A DNA stretch of 63,322 nt, the filler included, from Lenisia limosa (taxonomy: Eukaryota; Protista; Breviatea): NCBI GenBank assembly GCA_001655205.1. It is 10 parts of 10 records of this genome, joined end to end, with 100 filler letters (N's around TTAATTAATTAA, not from the genome) between each part and the next. Parts side by side here need not be neighbours in the genome. Positions count along the whole stretch, not along the records: positions 34,041 to 45,351 come from LPNZ01009717.1; positions 45,452 to 47,409 come from LPNZ01002576.1; positions 47,510 to 49,511 come from LPNZ01010066.1; positions 49,612 to 53,538 come from LPNZ01004828.1; 6 more parts are not named here. One strand, 5' to 3'. The notes beneath the pieces are model-generated. The model did no database searches. It saw only the letters and a list, made by a program, of their open reading frames with translations, and was not told the origin of the DNA. A program made the position numbers and the translations under genes. Every line of letters starts with the position of its first letter. Position 1 is the stretch's first letter. Shown in pieces: positions 38,901-51,979 of the stretch.

Positions 38901-41900
38901 TAGACAAAATAATTGCATAATTTGAAGCGAGACATTGTAAACTCAATTTCTGACATTTTAATTTCTAATTCTGTCAATTAGTTTCTTCAAAATTGAGCTG
39001 CACGGAGCCCTAAGTAATCGGTTCAAAATTAAGTGATTGTAAATGGTATATTTTCTAGATTCGCTACTGCCAAAAATGGCCAATGAAGTTGTTAATATTC
39101 TTCAGCACAGACGTTTCCACATTCACCGCAGTTGGTGGTACTAGTCCTTTTTGGAGGCACAGGGAAGCGTTTCTTTCTCGTATTGAGTCTTACTTTATTA
39201 GACCCCAACCCTTCGAACATGTAAACATTTCCAACTCTACATATATTTCAAGCCCCCATCGTACTCAATGTGGTCAAGAGAGTTGGAGAGAAACTGATAA
39301 GTATCGCGGATCCCAGTGAAGGCATGTGACACGTAACTGTCCAAACTTTGAGGATCTCTAAGTTAGATAAGATTGTGCTAGATTTAGAGATGGAAAATAT
39401 AGCAATAGGTTGCATCTGGCTGACTCAGCCACAGTGACCGTGATAAGCCCTAAAATGGACATTGAGCTTATTTTTAGCTAATGTCACTTCGGTTCGAAAA
39501 AACCAAGGAAATATCGATTTTTCGAGGTTTTTTCGAAAATCTGTCTTTTTTAGAACGGAAGGTAAGACAGTCAGGACAAATCGTGGTCAGTGTGTCACGG
39601 CTTCAAAGAATGACAAGAGGCGAATTAAGTATGGTATCTAGTCGTTTTCGGAAATCCGTTGAAATGCAAACTTGCCACATCATAAACCAAGATCTTCACA
39701 TTATTAAAGACAAATACTTAACTGAAATATTAGCCCATAACACAAGCACAAGAGCAATATGTCAGCTTATTTGCAAATGTAACTTACGCTCAAGAAAACA
39801 CTGCAATGATATCAATTAATTTGAGCCAAATCCACTTACTGTGAGAGAAGGGAAGGGTTGTGGGTCTAAAAAAGTGAGGGCTAATCTGCTATAGTATCAG
39901 TTCGACTACGATTAAAAATAAGTTCGTGATATGATGTATTCGTTCAATGATTTAAAATATTTCGTACTCTGATGAACAATTAGTACTTTGATGAAAATTT
40001 GGTTAACACTCTGATGTTAGAGGCCAATTATTATCATATCTCTATTACGCCTCCTTGCATAATGTCCGACCTGTATGGCCTCAAGAGAGGAATAAAGCAA
40101 GTCACAGGTAGTCTCAGTAACAGCCTAAATAAGATAACGGGATGAGGCGGAAGCAAAATTTCACAATATAAAGACAAAAACGACCCATCTCCTAAATTAG
40201 TCTTATTAGAGGTCTTGTCGGCCTATGAAAGTACTGATTGTATGACATACTACTACGGACATATTTGGAGTACCAAAACTATTATCACATGGGATTTCCA
40301 TGTATTATATAACGGGAATCCCAATTTTTAAAACAATTTCAAGTCAACACGTCGTAAATATGTCCGTAGTAGAATGTCATAAAATCAGAACTTTCATAGG
40401 CCGAAAAGACTTCTAATAAGACTAATTTAGGAGATGGGTCATTTTTGTGTTATTGTGTTTGTGAGTCCAATATTAGCCGTATGATATGCAAAATCAAAAT
40501 AATGGTTGCAAAACCATAAATGATTTTTATCATTGTTTCACATTTTATTAATGAAGTAATATTCTGTAAAATCAAACAATCCCATACTTGATCGGAGTTT
40601 TCAACAGGATAGTTGGGGACAACCAAGGGAATAATGTGTCCATGTGAGATACCTAAAATTATTAAACAGACAGTTTAGGAACATGATATTAATACACGCA
40701 AGAGAAGCCGAAAAAAGTGTACTGTCTAGCTCCTGTTTTGACCACTGTTTTCGGGGATATTTAATGTACGGTGTTCTGAGTGCGCCCACTCAATGGTATT
40801 GAATTAGTCAAAAAGTGTACTTTGTCCTTTCCCTTCCAAAATACATGTTGATATTTCATCACCCACCACTTTGGTCTGCACATTGCTTAATAACTTCAGT
40901 ATATTTGTCGTCAGTTAAATCCTTGAGGGGTGACAAATCGAACATAATTCAAAGTTGTGAAGGTTAGAACAAAAATAAAGAACATGAATATGCTGCAATT
41001 TGGGCTTCACTTCGACAAAAGACTGAATTTCTCGATATATCCTCGAAAACTATCGATATTTTACCGGCTTTTTCGAACCGAAGTGAAGCCCAAGCTTTAA
41101 TACACAACAGCGCATCGACTTGGTAATTCAAGCTTTGCCAAAAATTCCAAAGTCAATGTGCCGAAGCAATCACATTAGTCCAAATTTGCCTGATTATCCC
41201 CAATCAAAATTGTCTCATCATTTTCAGAGCGTAGTCATATGAAACCCCCCAGGCCCACCATATAGTTGCCTCCTTCGGGACTGAAGCAAAAGACATACTG
41301 CATGGCAACGTTGTTTTTGCGGGCCCAATTCAAGACTTCTTCAATCTTGGTGAATTAAGAAAAACTCAAAAAAAATACAAACCAAGAAACAAAAGCTCAA
41401 TTGGATAAAAATATAAGGAACTCAGGTTTTAAATTTGAAAAACAAAATATCAAAACTAAATTCTTCATAAAAAAGAAGATTAAAACTGCTTCAATTTGGA
41501 AAGAAACAAAAGTATGCAACAAAATGATCACGCAAGCATTCCAAATTCAAATGAAAAATTCATTTGCGCTAACATTCATTTCGCCATTTGATGGCAGGAC
41601 AAGCACAACGCAATGGGGAAGCTGAGGCTGCAAAGGTTAGCAAGCCAGTTAAAGAGTAATCGACAAAACGCCAACTCAAATGAAAAAAAGTTTGTAAAAT
41701 GAGCAGTAAAACTAAAAATGTAATAGCAATATGATACAATACTGTCCGTCCATAAACACTCAAGTGAAGATATACTAATGTAAGAGATAGGACAAATATA
41801 ACCGCCAACCAGGTTTTCGAGTTGAGAAAGAACGCTTCCCCAGTCTTTTTGGTGGATATCCAACAGGCGAACTACGGTCTCGTCTAAGTGTCAGAATTGT

Positions 41901-43794
41901 CAATGTTGAATGTTGTATGGATCATCATTCTGGTTTCAGAAAGAGATAGTTAATTCAGTGGGACAAGTTAAGCGATTGTTTCATGAATAAGCTAGTTTCT
42001 GTTCCAATTAGAATGATAAGACCAACACACCATAGGGATCCAAATTGGTCAGAATAAACTGAATTTCTTGATTAATTCCCGAAAACTGTCAATATAATGT
42101 CGATTATTTTTCGAACAGAAGTGAAGCTTTGAACATACCCTTTTATTTTTCGAACAGAAGTGAAGCTTTGAACATACCCTTTGGTGAGATCTTGAAAGAT
42201 GTTTCATTTTGATACTCCGCTGGTGGGAAGTAGGTGAAGCAGGTTTGGCGGTGCGAGAAGACCGATGAAATCGCGTTACACACCAATGTTGATGGGCTTC
42301 CTGTAGTGGTAATTTTTAAACATATCATATAATGGTGGTTACTTTGTACTATATTAATTGACAATGGAGTAAGTGTCAGCAGAGGCTTTTCACACTATTT
42401 TCCATTTCCAATAAAATTTATTTCTTAATTAATTGCACGTTATATTATTTTTGACATCAATTCTTCTTTCAACAACCTTTAGTTTGAGAAAAAAATATTT
42501 GGTGATATGTGATTTTCCATAGGGCAGATCTTTCCACTAACCTACAACGCCAACACATGCAATTTCGAGGGGAACTTCTTCTAAATCATCAGAATCATTT
42601 GGATCTAATAAATGGAGTACATTGTTTATCAACTTTTGAATGTTAGTATTAATACTATTCATTGGTCTCTGAAATTGATTTCTTAATATCGAATATACTC
42701 GGCGGGATATGAAGAGGCTTAATCATTTTCTGAGGAAATCAATTCATTTGGCTAGTAGTATATGATATATTACAAATAATTACTTTAACAGTATATGTAT
42801 AAAATGTTTATATGAAATGTAAACTATACCAAACCGATTGAATCGTTTTCTTCTTGTTTTAATTGCGACATCTAGAAAATTAGAATTGATCCTTGTAAAT
42901 CTTGAAAAAATAATAAGGTGAATAAAGCGAGGTCAAGCTCTTGGAAAATATTGACAAACCTGGGATGCAAGCCTTCTACAAAGCGCCAAAACCGACTTTC
43001 TAAAATGTTAATTCTCAAAACACCAAAAACAGGATTAAATTTGAATAGAATTCAATAAAATACTGAATAGAAAAAGTAAATTGTCTGAGAATTAAATACA
43101 ATAGAACAAGATGGAATGGAATGGGATGTTGGAATTCCCTGCCATGGTCTTACTTTGAGCGTCTTAGGCGGTGGCTGTTGGACTTATTCCTAAAAGATCA
43201 GAGCGGCAATTGGACACTTGAGGGATTAGAGCTTCACTTTCAGTTCCAAAAGCCTCGATGAATCTATTCATCGAGGATTTATTGAATTCAGTTAGAAGCT
43301 AGAGGATTCATTTCAGTTCGACACAAGACTGAGTTCCTCGAATCTCGAATATTATCGATATTTTCAATGAACCAAAAGACAGCAAAGTATTCACCCAACT
43401 AACTTTGCTGAAAAGAGATAGATAGCAAACCCAGATCCTGCGACTAGGGCAAAAGTCCCGACAAATGATGTGAGCTGAAGGGTTAGGGCAGAATGAGAAG
43501 GAAACACATTCTAGGAACGCCAGGGACTCGATTGGAGATTGAATAAAAGAGGTGTTTGAGAAAAGAAAGATACAAAACATTTGAATCTACAAGTAATCAA
43601 AAGCACAAAAAAATATTACAGGCTCCTTGAAATGATTGTTATTGATAAGAATAAGAATAGCATTATAATGCTAACGTAATAGCAACCACTAAGTTGAAAC
43701 TCCTCTAAGATCCACATTGATACATTGACAATAAAGGGAGGAAGCACAACGCCAAACCACACAGCAAGAAACAACGCCCAACTCTTCTCACCAT
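35902..43794 (-). CDS. Uncharacterised multi-exon protein with a putative signal peptide (may be two genes)
   Basis: First exon MVRRVGRCFLLCGLALCFLPLLS (ATG 43794); in-phase exons such as QKDWGSVLSQLENL|PQLPHCVVLVLPSNGEMN|IEEVLNWARKNN and EFIANMHRRNEESQ|EVVQSAIESELSPEFREIITDIELQK..|VFAMFQKDGRLSL; no family recognised. Confidence 0.5.
38882..39012. mobile_element. MITE family E (TAGGGCT termini shared with family A, different interior)
   Basis: TAGGGCTTCGTGCAATT..GCTGCACGGAGCCCTA; a related copy at ~35763-35877 and remnants near 35200 and 36483. Confidence 0.75.
40162..40457. mobile_element. Foldback element with ~100-bp inverted arms
   Basis: 40162-40266 is a near-perfect reverse complement of 40356-40457 (gacccatctcctaaattagtcttattaga..ctactacggacatattt); ~90-bp spacer; no TSD recognisable. 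Confidence 0.88.
41000..41093. mobile_element. hAT-type MITE, family A
   Basis: TTGGGCTTCACTTCG..TTTTCGAACCGAAGTGAAGCCCAA; flanks gctgcaat / gctttaat. Further partial copies near 26275, 37245, 38454, 39480, 42055, 43227 and 58165. Confidence 0.85.
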
Positions 43795-44314
43795 CGCTGC
43801 TTGATTGTAAACTGATGCAAGAGGAAAGTGGGCGGATAGGGGGATACTCAAGGAAGCTAAGGGAGCTTCAGTTTGATTGTAATGGACTTTTTAACTCTTT
43901 GCGGTATTCTACGGGTTTCACTTCTTCACATCAGGATATAGTAATGATTTTTTAACTTGTTTGGGTTAAAAGCTGTTGATTTCATCTCAAGTTACCAAAT
44001 AGGGTAACTATGACTTGACGACTGATAGCTCACTGAATTAGAGGGATTTAAGGATTTGCTCCAGTTCTATTAATTCTCATCTACCATTATATCTTTTTGT
44101 GCGCCTAAATTGCGTTTTAATCCTGATTTTGTCTTCTCAAAAATCACGTTTATTTAAACCCCCAGGTAAGTTTGATATTTATAGTAATGTTTTTTTTTTT
44201 GCCTTTTGTATTCTTACGTTTAAAGGTGGTCTGTCGTATATTTAAAACATTGCTTTGATTAAATACTGGCCCGCGTAACGTCTATCCAGTCTTACTTTGA
44301 CCTCTGTTTACAAA

Positions 44315-44853
44315 ATGGGAGAAATGGAGCCTAGTGAAACCTTCTCGCTTGCCGAGACAATGCTTGAATTAGCTATTGGTACGGAAGGTGCTGTGAAACC
44401 TCAGAAAAAGTACTTCAGACAGGTTAGTTTGCAAGAGATCTCGTCTTCATTCCTCCTTTAAAAGCTTTACCCCCCTTAGAGAGCCCACGGAAACCCACTT
44501 AGCGACTGTACAATTCCATAGTAAGCGACCCGCTGGATACATACCCCTTCCCTTGATCCCTCCTCATGCAAGTGTGAACTATCATTTCCACGCAGTGATA
44601 CATCTAATCCACTTCTGTAATAATTGACGTTTCATTGATACACTCGGGGTGAACCCTTGTTCTGTTTATTTATCGAAAGTCGGTCATCTGATCATATCAC
44701 TCGTGGATATCAATCATATCTTCCATTGTGCCCTTGTTTAAACACATCATTCACCCTTGTTTATCCATATCGGACTTTTATTGACGTCGACAGCCCCCTG
44801 CATCCTGACTGTGTGGACTGGAATGAAGCATACCCCACGTTCAACGATGATGG
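44315..44853 (+). CDS. METTL1: tRNA (guanine-N7)-methyltransferase catalytic subunit, first three exons (rest lost at the scaffold end)
   Basis: Exons 44315-44422, 44480-44520 and 44794-44853 splice in frame to ..PQKKYFRQ|RAHGNPLSDCTIPY|PLHPDCVDWNEAYPTF, matching the Trm8/METTL1 N-terminal signature PQKRYYRQRAHSNP..YP..P..MDW..YP. Confidence 0.92.
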
Positions 44854-44932
44854 GTGAGGGGTCCTTGTTTCGGATACATACAAATATTTCACCCAGTATA
44901 TTGTTCTCTGTGATTTAACAAAGCAAATCGGT

Positions 44933-45220
44933 CAATATAAGGCAAGTATTCAGCAATATAAGGCAAGTATTCAGCAATATAAGGCAAGTATTCAGCAATA
45001 TGAGGCAAGTATTCAGCAATATAAGGCAAGTATTCAGCAAATTCAGCAATATAAGGCAAGTATTCAGCAATATATGGCAAGTATTCAGCAATATAAGGCA
45101 AGTATTCAGCAATATAAGTATTCAGCAATATACGGCAACTATTCAGCAATATGAGGCAACTATTCAGCAATATGAGGCAAGTATTCAGCAATATGAGGCA
45201 AGTATTCAGCAATATAAGGC
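44933..45220. repeat. 21-bp minisatellite (x~14) downstream of METTL1 exon 3
   Basis: caatataaggcaagtattcag units with minor variants and no spacers. Confidence 0.95.
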
Positions 45221-45532
45221 GGGGCTTGTTAGATGTCACTTCAGTCCTCCTGTTTCTGTTGTTTTCCGTGGATGTTCTTTTGTGTGAACCGCCGGATCTC
45301 TATGATCCTAGTTTCAATAGAGACTAAAGTCAAATTCATGGGGGGGGGGGGNNNNNNNNNNNNNNNNNNNNNNNNNNNNNNNNNNNNNNNNNNNNTTAAT
45401 TAATTAANNNNNNNNNNNNNNNNNNNNNNNNNNNNNNNNNNNNNNNNNNNNTATATAGCAATGAGAAATATATAATAAAAAAAACAAGGTTGTATCCGGT
45501 CATATACATGCGCATATTATGTACCCGCACCC

Positions 45533-47130
45533 CCCTCCCCCACGCGCCAGAAGGAGGGCGCCGCGCCCCTGTTGATGTCGAAGTTGCACCCGGCTTTACA
45601 CGGGTTCTCCCCCGGTTGCTTGCTGCGTCCGCTACCGGCCTGGGGGTAAGATCAGGAGGGGAGTAAAATTGAAAATTTATGAAACACTGGGGAGGGGTGA
45701 AGAGTTAAACGAAGGAAACTTCGATGAAGAATATTGGCGTAAAGGTACTTCTCACGAACCAAATAATCTGAAACACCAAACAACAACAACAACAAAAAAA
45801 AAAAAAAGAAGCTTGAGCCGGCCTTTGAAGAGTTAGAACAACCCACCCACAGTAATCATCTCACAATTATCTCAACTCATATTATCTTATAGCTCCACTC
45901 TATTAACTTATTATTACCCTCAAAATTGAGCTACTTCCTACTGCATCACACCCCACCCCACTCATTCTTGCGTTCACCTCCGGCAGTGCGCAGGATGCGG
46001 CTTTTAACTGAGAACGCTGACGAATACTCCGCAAACTCCTCCTCTGTCATCTAAGAGGGTGGGGGGAGGGGAGTAAACTTGGAAAATATATGAAACAAAA
46101 AGCCCAAAATCAACATATAATTGGAAAGCAAAATTGGAAAACTTATAAAACAAAAAATCCCACAATCAACTCTGTTGGCTCACAACATATGAGGGTTAAA
46201 TGAAAGNNNNNNNNNNNNNNNNNNNNNNNNNNNNNNNNNNNNNNNNNNNNNNNNNNNNNNNNNNNNNNNNNNNNNNNNNNNGCTCTGCAAACTCCTCCTC
46301 AGTCATCTGAGAGATAATTTTGGTGTATGGGGGGGGAGTAAAATTAGAAAATTTATGCAACAAAACAAAGTCCAAAATCAACTCTGTTGGCTGACAACAC
46401 ACAAGGGTTAATAATAATAAAACAAACAAAGCCTAGGCCAGCACAAAAAAGGAAAATTTATAAAACACATATGGCAGAAACGGTCCCCTTCATACCTCCT
46501 TTTCGTCATCACCAACTTTCTTGAGAGGGCGAAGTGGAGAGGCTTTAGGTTTTTGAACTAAATAGTAAGGGAAATAGTAACACAAATGTACCGAGAGGCT
46601 TTCGGCATCTAGAGATGAGAAATAAACAAGGCTAAGGCTGTATCTGCCAAAGCCGTCCACACAGAGATTTTCGATTATAGTATAAGATTTACTCACACAT
46701 TCATTTGTCTTACATTAGGGGTATTATTAACATCAATGAGCCAATAAGAAATTTCCTGGACAAAGCAGCCCCACCCGGCTTTGATTTTGGCGGTTCTGTC
46801 GATTCTGCCGGAGTTGGTGACGGCATTTCTACAGGAAAATTAGGACTCCGTGTGATTATTTGGAGAAATTCTTTTTTGGGCAGAGTTGTGGCAAATGATG
46901 GGTTGAATATATTCTACAACACACAAATTAGTTTTTTTGAAAGAGAAAAACAAAGGATATATTCAAAATAAAAAAATATACTTCTCGACCCTCCCACCCC
47001 TATTGCCATGCCCAGTTCTAGCCACACGAGGGCGAGAGACCATGGGGTCCTCCAGGTTGGTGTAGTCGTAGTTGCCACTGGCCGTCCTTCCAATATTCCC
47101 TGTTGTGTAACGGGGGGAATGCGGGTGCAG
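45533..47130 (-). CDS. Uncharacterised multi-exon protein fragment with a duplicated MTEEEFAE exon
   Basis: Exons APAFPPLHNREYWKDGQWQLRL..|EMPSPTP..|VQKPKASPLRPLKKVGDDEKE|MTEEEFAE (~46305) and again MTEEEFAEYSSAFSVKSRILRTAG (~46050), then a GC-rich exon at ~45535-45640. Confidence 0.45.
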
Positions 47131-47509
47131 CTTGGTGAAGCATAAAGATTACTGAAGCTCAGGTATTGGATTTGGATGTGCTGTACTATATCAACTTTAC
47201 ACTGTTTCTTCTTTTTTGTTTTTTTTTAAAAAAAACAATTGTACAGAGATGTAGGAATAAAAAAAGTTGTATCTGACTGAAGCCGGCCACATCATCACCC
47301 TTATAAGAGATATTATATTGATAATATTAATTTACCCAATCATTTGCCTTTATATATATATAGACAAAACATGAATCACGGGACAAAACTGTGAATCAGG
47401 GACAAAACTNNNNNNNNNNNNNNNNNNNNNNNNNNNNNNNNNNNNNNNNNNNNTTAATTAATTAANNNNNNNNNNNNNNNNNNNNNNNNNNNNNNNNNNN
47501 NNNNNNNNN

Positions 47510-47692
47510 CAGCCTGTGCGTGTTGCGAGAAGGCTGTTACGGCACAGCCTTCGTCTTTCACCAAAGTATACAACTTTTTGAAATTAGTTGCCACTGCAAA
47601 GAAAACTTTACTTTTTACTGAGCTTGAAAGTTTTTTTCAAGGCTTCTGCATCTGTAAACCTTGTCTTCTCAAGCTGAACTCGCAATTTCCAG
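47510..47692 (+). pseudogene. Cys-motif ORF fragment, possibly a decayed transposon gene
   Basis: ACACCEKAVTAQ..FCICKPCLLKLNSQFP followed by a GT donor; downstream candidate exons on this scaffold contain stops. Confidence 0.3.
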
Positions 47693-49740
47693 GTATAACA
47701 CGGATATATATATATATATGTACGTACATGTATGTGTATATATAATATGCATAAATATTGTAACCAAATAGCTTTTGCATTTAATCATTGTTTAGAATTC
47801 CCCAATTACTCAAGTCTCTCCGGTGCGTCAACAACAGCTGTTGCCCGGCAAGCAAAGAAAGCCAAGTCAGAAGTAGTAGATGAGTCCAGGAGTCCCGGCC
47901 AAAATTTGGTAGGCAGCATTTTTAACTAAATGTTCAATGTGTTTTTTTCNNNNNNNNNNTGTACAAGACGACACTCTGACTCAACTGAGTTGCAACTGAG
48001 GGAAACTGTTCCAAAGAATTATACATTCTACGATTTGATTTACTATACAACTACTAACTACAACATTTCTTAAACCTGATTATTGTCTTCCTCTTTCTCC
48101 TCCTCCATCTTCTCTTCTTCAACCTTCTTCTCTTCAACCTTCNNNNNNNNNNTAAAGAAAGCCAAGTCAGAAGTAGTGGATGAGGTTCAGGAGTCCCGGC
48201 CAAAATTTGGTAGGCAGCATTTTTAACTAAATGTTCAATGTGTTTTTCTCATTGGTTGTCATATCGGCCTTCATTTCGGACATATATTTCTAGATTCCTG
48301 TATATAATGGGATAACATATCATAGATATAGTTTTTATGTGAGATATCATCATATAATATACATATACTGGCGGTCACAAGTCTTAATTATTTTCCCGTG
48401 ATAAACTCGTTCACCCAATTTTGTTTTTTTGGATATTTAATAGACATGTGCAAGGGGAATTTCATGTAGCACAAATTTGACAAGAGGTGGGACGGTATAT
48501 CAAGGGATATACTGTCCCAAATTTTGAAAACCTGACAATGAGTGCCAATCGTCCTTGCAATTTTATAAAACAAAACACAAATGATATCGAAGCACTTTTC
48601 ACAAACTCTTTTTCCTTTTGTATCATTAATTGATATACTATGTGTTATACTATACAATGACCGGGCTTGACCAATTTTCTTGGCGATTCATACACAAACT
48701 CTTTTTCCTTTTGTATCATTAATTGATATACTATGTGTTATACTATACAATGNNNNNNNNNNATAATTTTTTTTTTCCTGGACTCTTCATGAAAATATAG
48801 TCTTGAACTACATCCCGCCAACAAGTTGTTGATATGATGGCTGCTCTGGTACCAGGACTTCGGTCAGAAGAATAGTTGAATAATTTTGTCTACAAATTTT
48901 TGAGGACTATAGGACTTCGAATATTTTTTCGGTTTTTCCCATTGTGGTCATTTCTTCAGCTGAAAGGAAAGCTGGCCTGGTATCTTGACAAAATAAATTC
49001 AATGTAAATTCTAGTGTGAGATTAAAATACATTATTCACAGGAAGTTGTTGTTCCAGCTGACTGGTATGCGGTAAAACCCAAGCCTGACTAGGGATATTC
49101 TGTTATTTGCTGTCAAAAATGTTGTTTCTCTCTAGATATAAAATAAAGTTATAACATCTTTGGCCCCCATTATTTTTTATATTCTTGGCCTAAAACTGGA
49201 AGGGGAATGGCGTCAGAATTTGTTTCTTCTAAGTGCGGACGAAGAGCAGCAAATATTACCACAAATTAATTCCAGTGGAAATATAAGGAAGTGAAGGAGT
49301 GTCATGATTTTGCAATACTTTTGACTGAAAAATCCTGGTTTGATTCGGAAAATGAAAAAGCGTTCGCGTTCATGTGAGTGTTCGCGTTCACGTATGGTCA
49401 CCTATATCATCTAATAAGTACATATAGTATATATAAATGCATACAATATGCATATGCTGCTGCACGGAAACCGTGTCATTTATGAGAAACCGTGTCATTT
49501 ATGATTTTCGTNNNNNNNNNNNNNNNNNNNNNNNNNNNNNNNNNNNNNNNNNNNNTTAATTAATTAANNNNNNNNNNNNNNNNNNNNNNNNNNNNNNNNN
49601 NNNNNNNNNNNCCCCCCCCCCTCTCATTAGGAGAGGAGTCTGGGAGTCAGACCCTCCCATTCATTACCCATTCCCATTATCTTTCGTTGGCTCATAGAGC
49701 TTCCAATAATTGAGGAGAGATAACTTCTGGTGTTAATAAA

Positions 49741-51967
49741 ATGAAGGATGAAGGTCCAAAGCTGGGTATACGAAGTCAGTTCATCCCGTCAGTTATGGGG
49801 CTTCTCCCGAGTTGTGATGGAAATGCCTATGTTTCAACTTCGGGTGGAGACCTTCATCTTCTTGACGCCATTGATCTCACTGTTAAATCGGTCGGTTTAA
49901 TGGGTTCATATCATGATTGAACTAAAAGCAGGGGTTCAGTGATGTCATTGAAACATTAGGATATTATTATCTATTACCCATATTCCCCAGATTTTGACAC
50001 AAGCACTGTATGCTGCACTGGATGATAATGTGCATGGTTACAGTTTAAAGTTTTATAATGGTTTAAGCTCAAACATCATCTTACTTATCTATGTATTGCA
50101 AATTATTCTTGTATTTGCGAAATCTCTATTATTCAAACCTCTTTTTGTGTTTAATTAGTGTAATGCATATGAAGCATACTGGTACTATGCTGTGATATTT
50201 AACTGTTGCTTTTCAACTCAAACATGTTGTTTATTTATTCTGTTTAGCATCAGCTTTTTCTGTTCGTGACTACGCCATTATTGATCATATAAATGTCTTA
50301 CCACCCAGACCACACGCCTCAATATGAGAGTATGCCAAATGAAACAGTTTCGATCAGGTGGTCTCGTATTCTGTGGCGGCAACAGTGTGATTGAGCTCGA
50401 TCCAAACCGAGGAGCGTGTACGAAAATCACCCTGCCTGGCGTTAGCGCTGTGGATTGTCTTGATGATGGGGTGTTGACGGCTGTCGCCGGAAAGAGGGTG
50501 AGGGGTGATTATAATTTATGTGGGAGGGATAAGTCTTGAGATTTTCACGAAGGGGATCCATAGGATATCAGTCAAGTCTTTTCCGGGTCAGTGTATGATG
50601 GAGGGACGTAAGAGTGGGTTGTGGGTGTAAGGGAGGGTAAGGAATTTGGGGGACTGGTGGGAGAGGTAGTGGGTGAGCTGGCTAAGGATTGTTACAGCTG
50701 TGAAACGGGAAGGAATGTTGAAATAACACAAAACACCAAATGTGTGTTTGGGGGGGGGGGGATGAGAGATATGGAGTTATGGGTAACTCAATGTTGTTCT
50801 TGAAAGTCTTCACAATTAATCAACACAGGCAACAAAACTATTTATGCTATTAACTCTGTTTAGATAGCAATAATTGATAGGCGCGCCCCCTCTCAGGCCT
50901 GTTTCTCACTTGTATCGTCAAAAATATCCCAGTTCACTGACGTAGTGAGCATGGTGGTTTTTTAAACAATTCATTAAGTTTTGGAAAACAAACAGAAATT
51001 ATTATATGTGCTATGTCTTATTGTGTCGTTGAATCAATAAATTATTCACTCATTTCCGTAGTATCTCAAATGTCACATTCAGGCATGCTCCAAACACTGC
51101 CCGTTCTCGCTGTGTGTTGCATCTTCGGACTATATCGCCTCTTTGGACATTCGAAAATCATCCACTAATCATCTCGAGGTATTCTAGGAATTTTAAGAAA
51201 TGATTGTATCACACTATCAATGACATATTGATCAATGAATATTCTTACATTTTATTTTAGGGTGGAGTAAACTTCACTATTCATTTAAGTGTCTTAGATT
51301 GTTCGATCACATAAACCGCCGCAATTTACGATAATTTCCTCTGTATCGCTCCCAATGCCTTGTGCCCCAACTGCAGTGTTGTCAACTGGCGTGTTCACAA
51401 CTTGGTTGGAGGGATATGCGTGGAGCTTTACTTCATGGTTCCAAATATGTACATTATTGATGGTATTATCGATCTGATACAGCAATCATCTGAAGTACCG
51501 TTCTGTTTTAGAGTTACATTCTGATAAGCTTATTATGATCTGTGTATCTTTTTGGCAATTTGTGTAGAAAGTAGGTCGTACTTGTAGTGAAGATATGACT
51601 TGTTAGAAGGAATATTTGCCATGACCGGGATAAGTCTTGACCTATTTATATTTTGATATTAGTTCTACAATTGATCTCTGTAGGGAAGGTGATATCAGGA
51701 CATGTCACAACATCGGTGCTACAGGCATTCCTCAGATACTTAGTGAAACCAACACCGCAATACTGCCATGTACTTCGGACGCGTGCTTCGTCAGTATACG
51801 AGGAAAACATGAGCCAAGGTACAGATGGTGAACCATTTCTAACTTTGCCCAGATTTATTCCTTTGTTTGAAGAAGGTTTCATTCGGCCATTACAGCGAAT
51901 TCTTCAACTTAGGACTGGGGACTTTATTGTCTCCGACCCGTCCAGATTGATGCTATTATCGGTCTGA
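49741..51967 (+). CDS. Beta-propeller (WD40-like) protein
   Basis: Exons MKDEG..AYVSTSGGDLHLLDAIDLTVKS|TTRLNMRVCQMKQFRSGGLVFCGGNSVIELD..|..SDYIASLDIRKSS..; repeated strand patterns; end taken from ORF 51653-51967. Confidence 0.55.
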
Positions 51968-51979
51968 GGGACGCGATAA

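Noticed and set aside
47853-48250. Near-identical ~95-bp exon/donor segment repeated across 10-N gaps (also 48600 versus 48694)
   Set aside because: Most likely overlapping contig ends or haplotypes joined by the scaffolder; cannot be treated as real duplications without reads.
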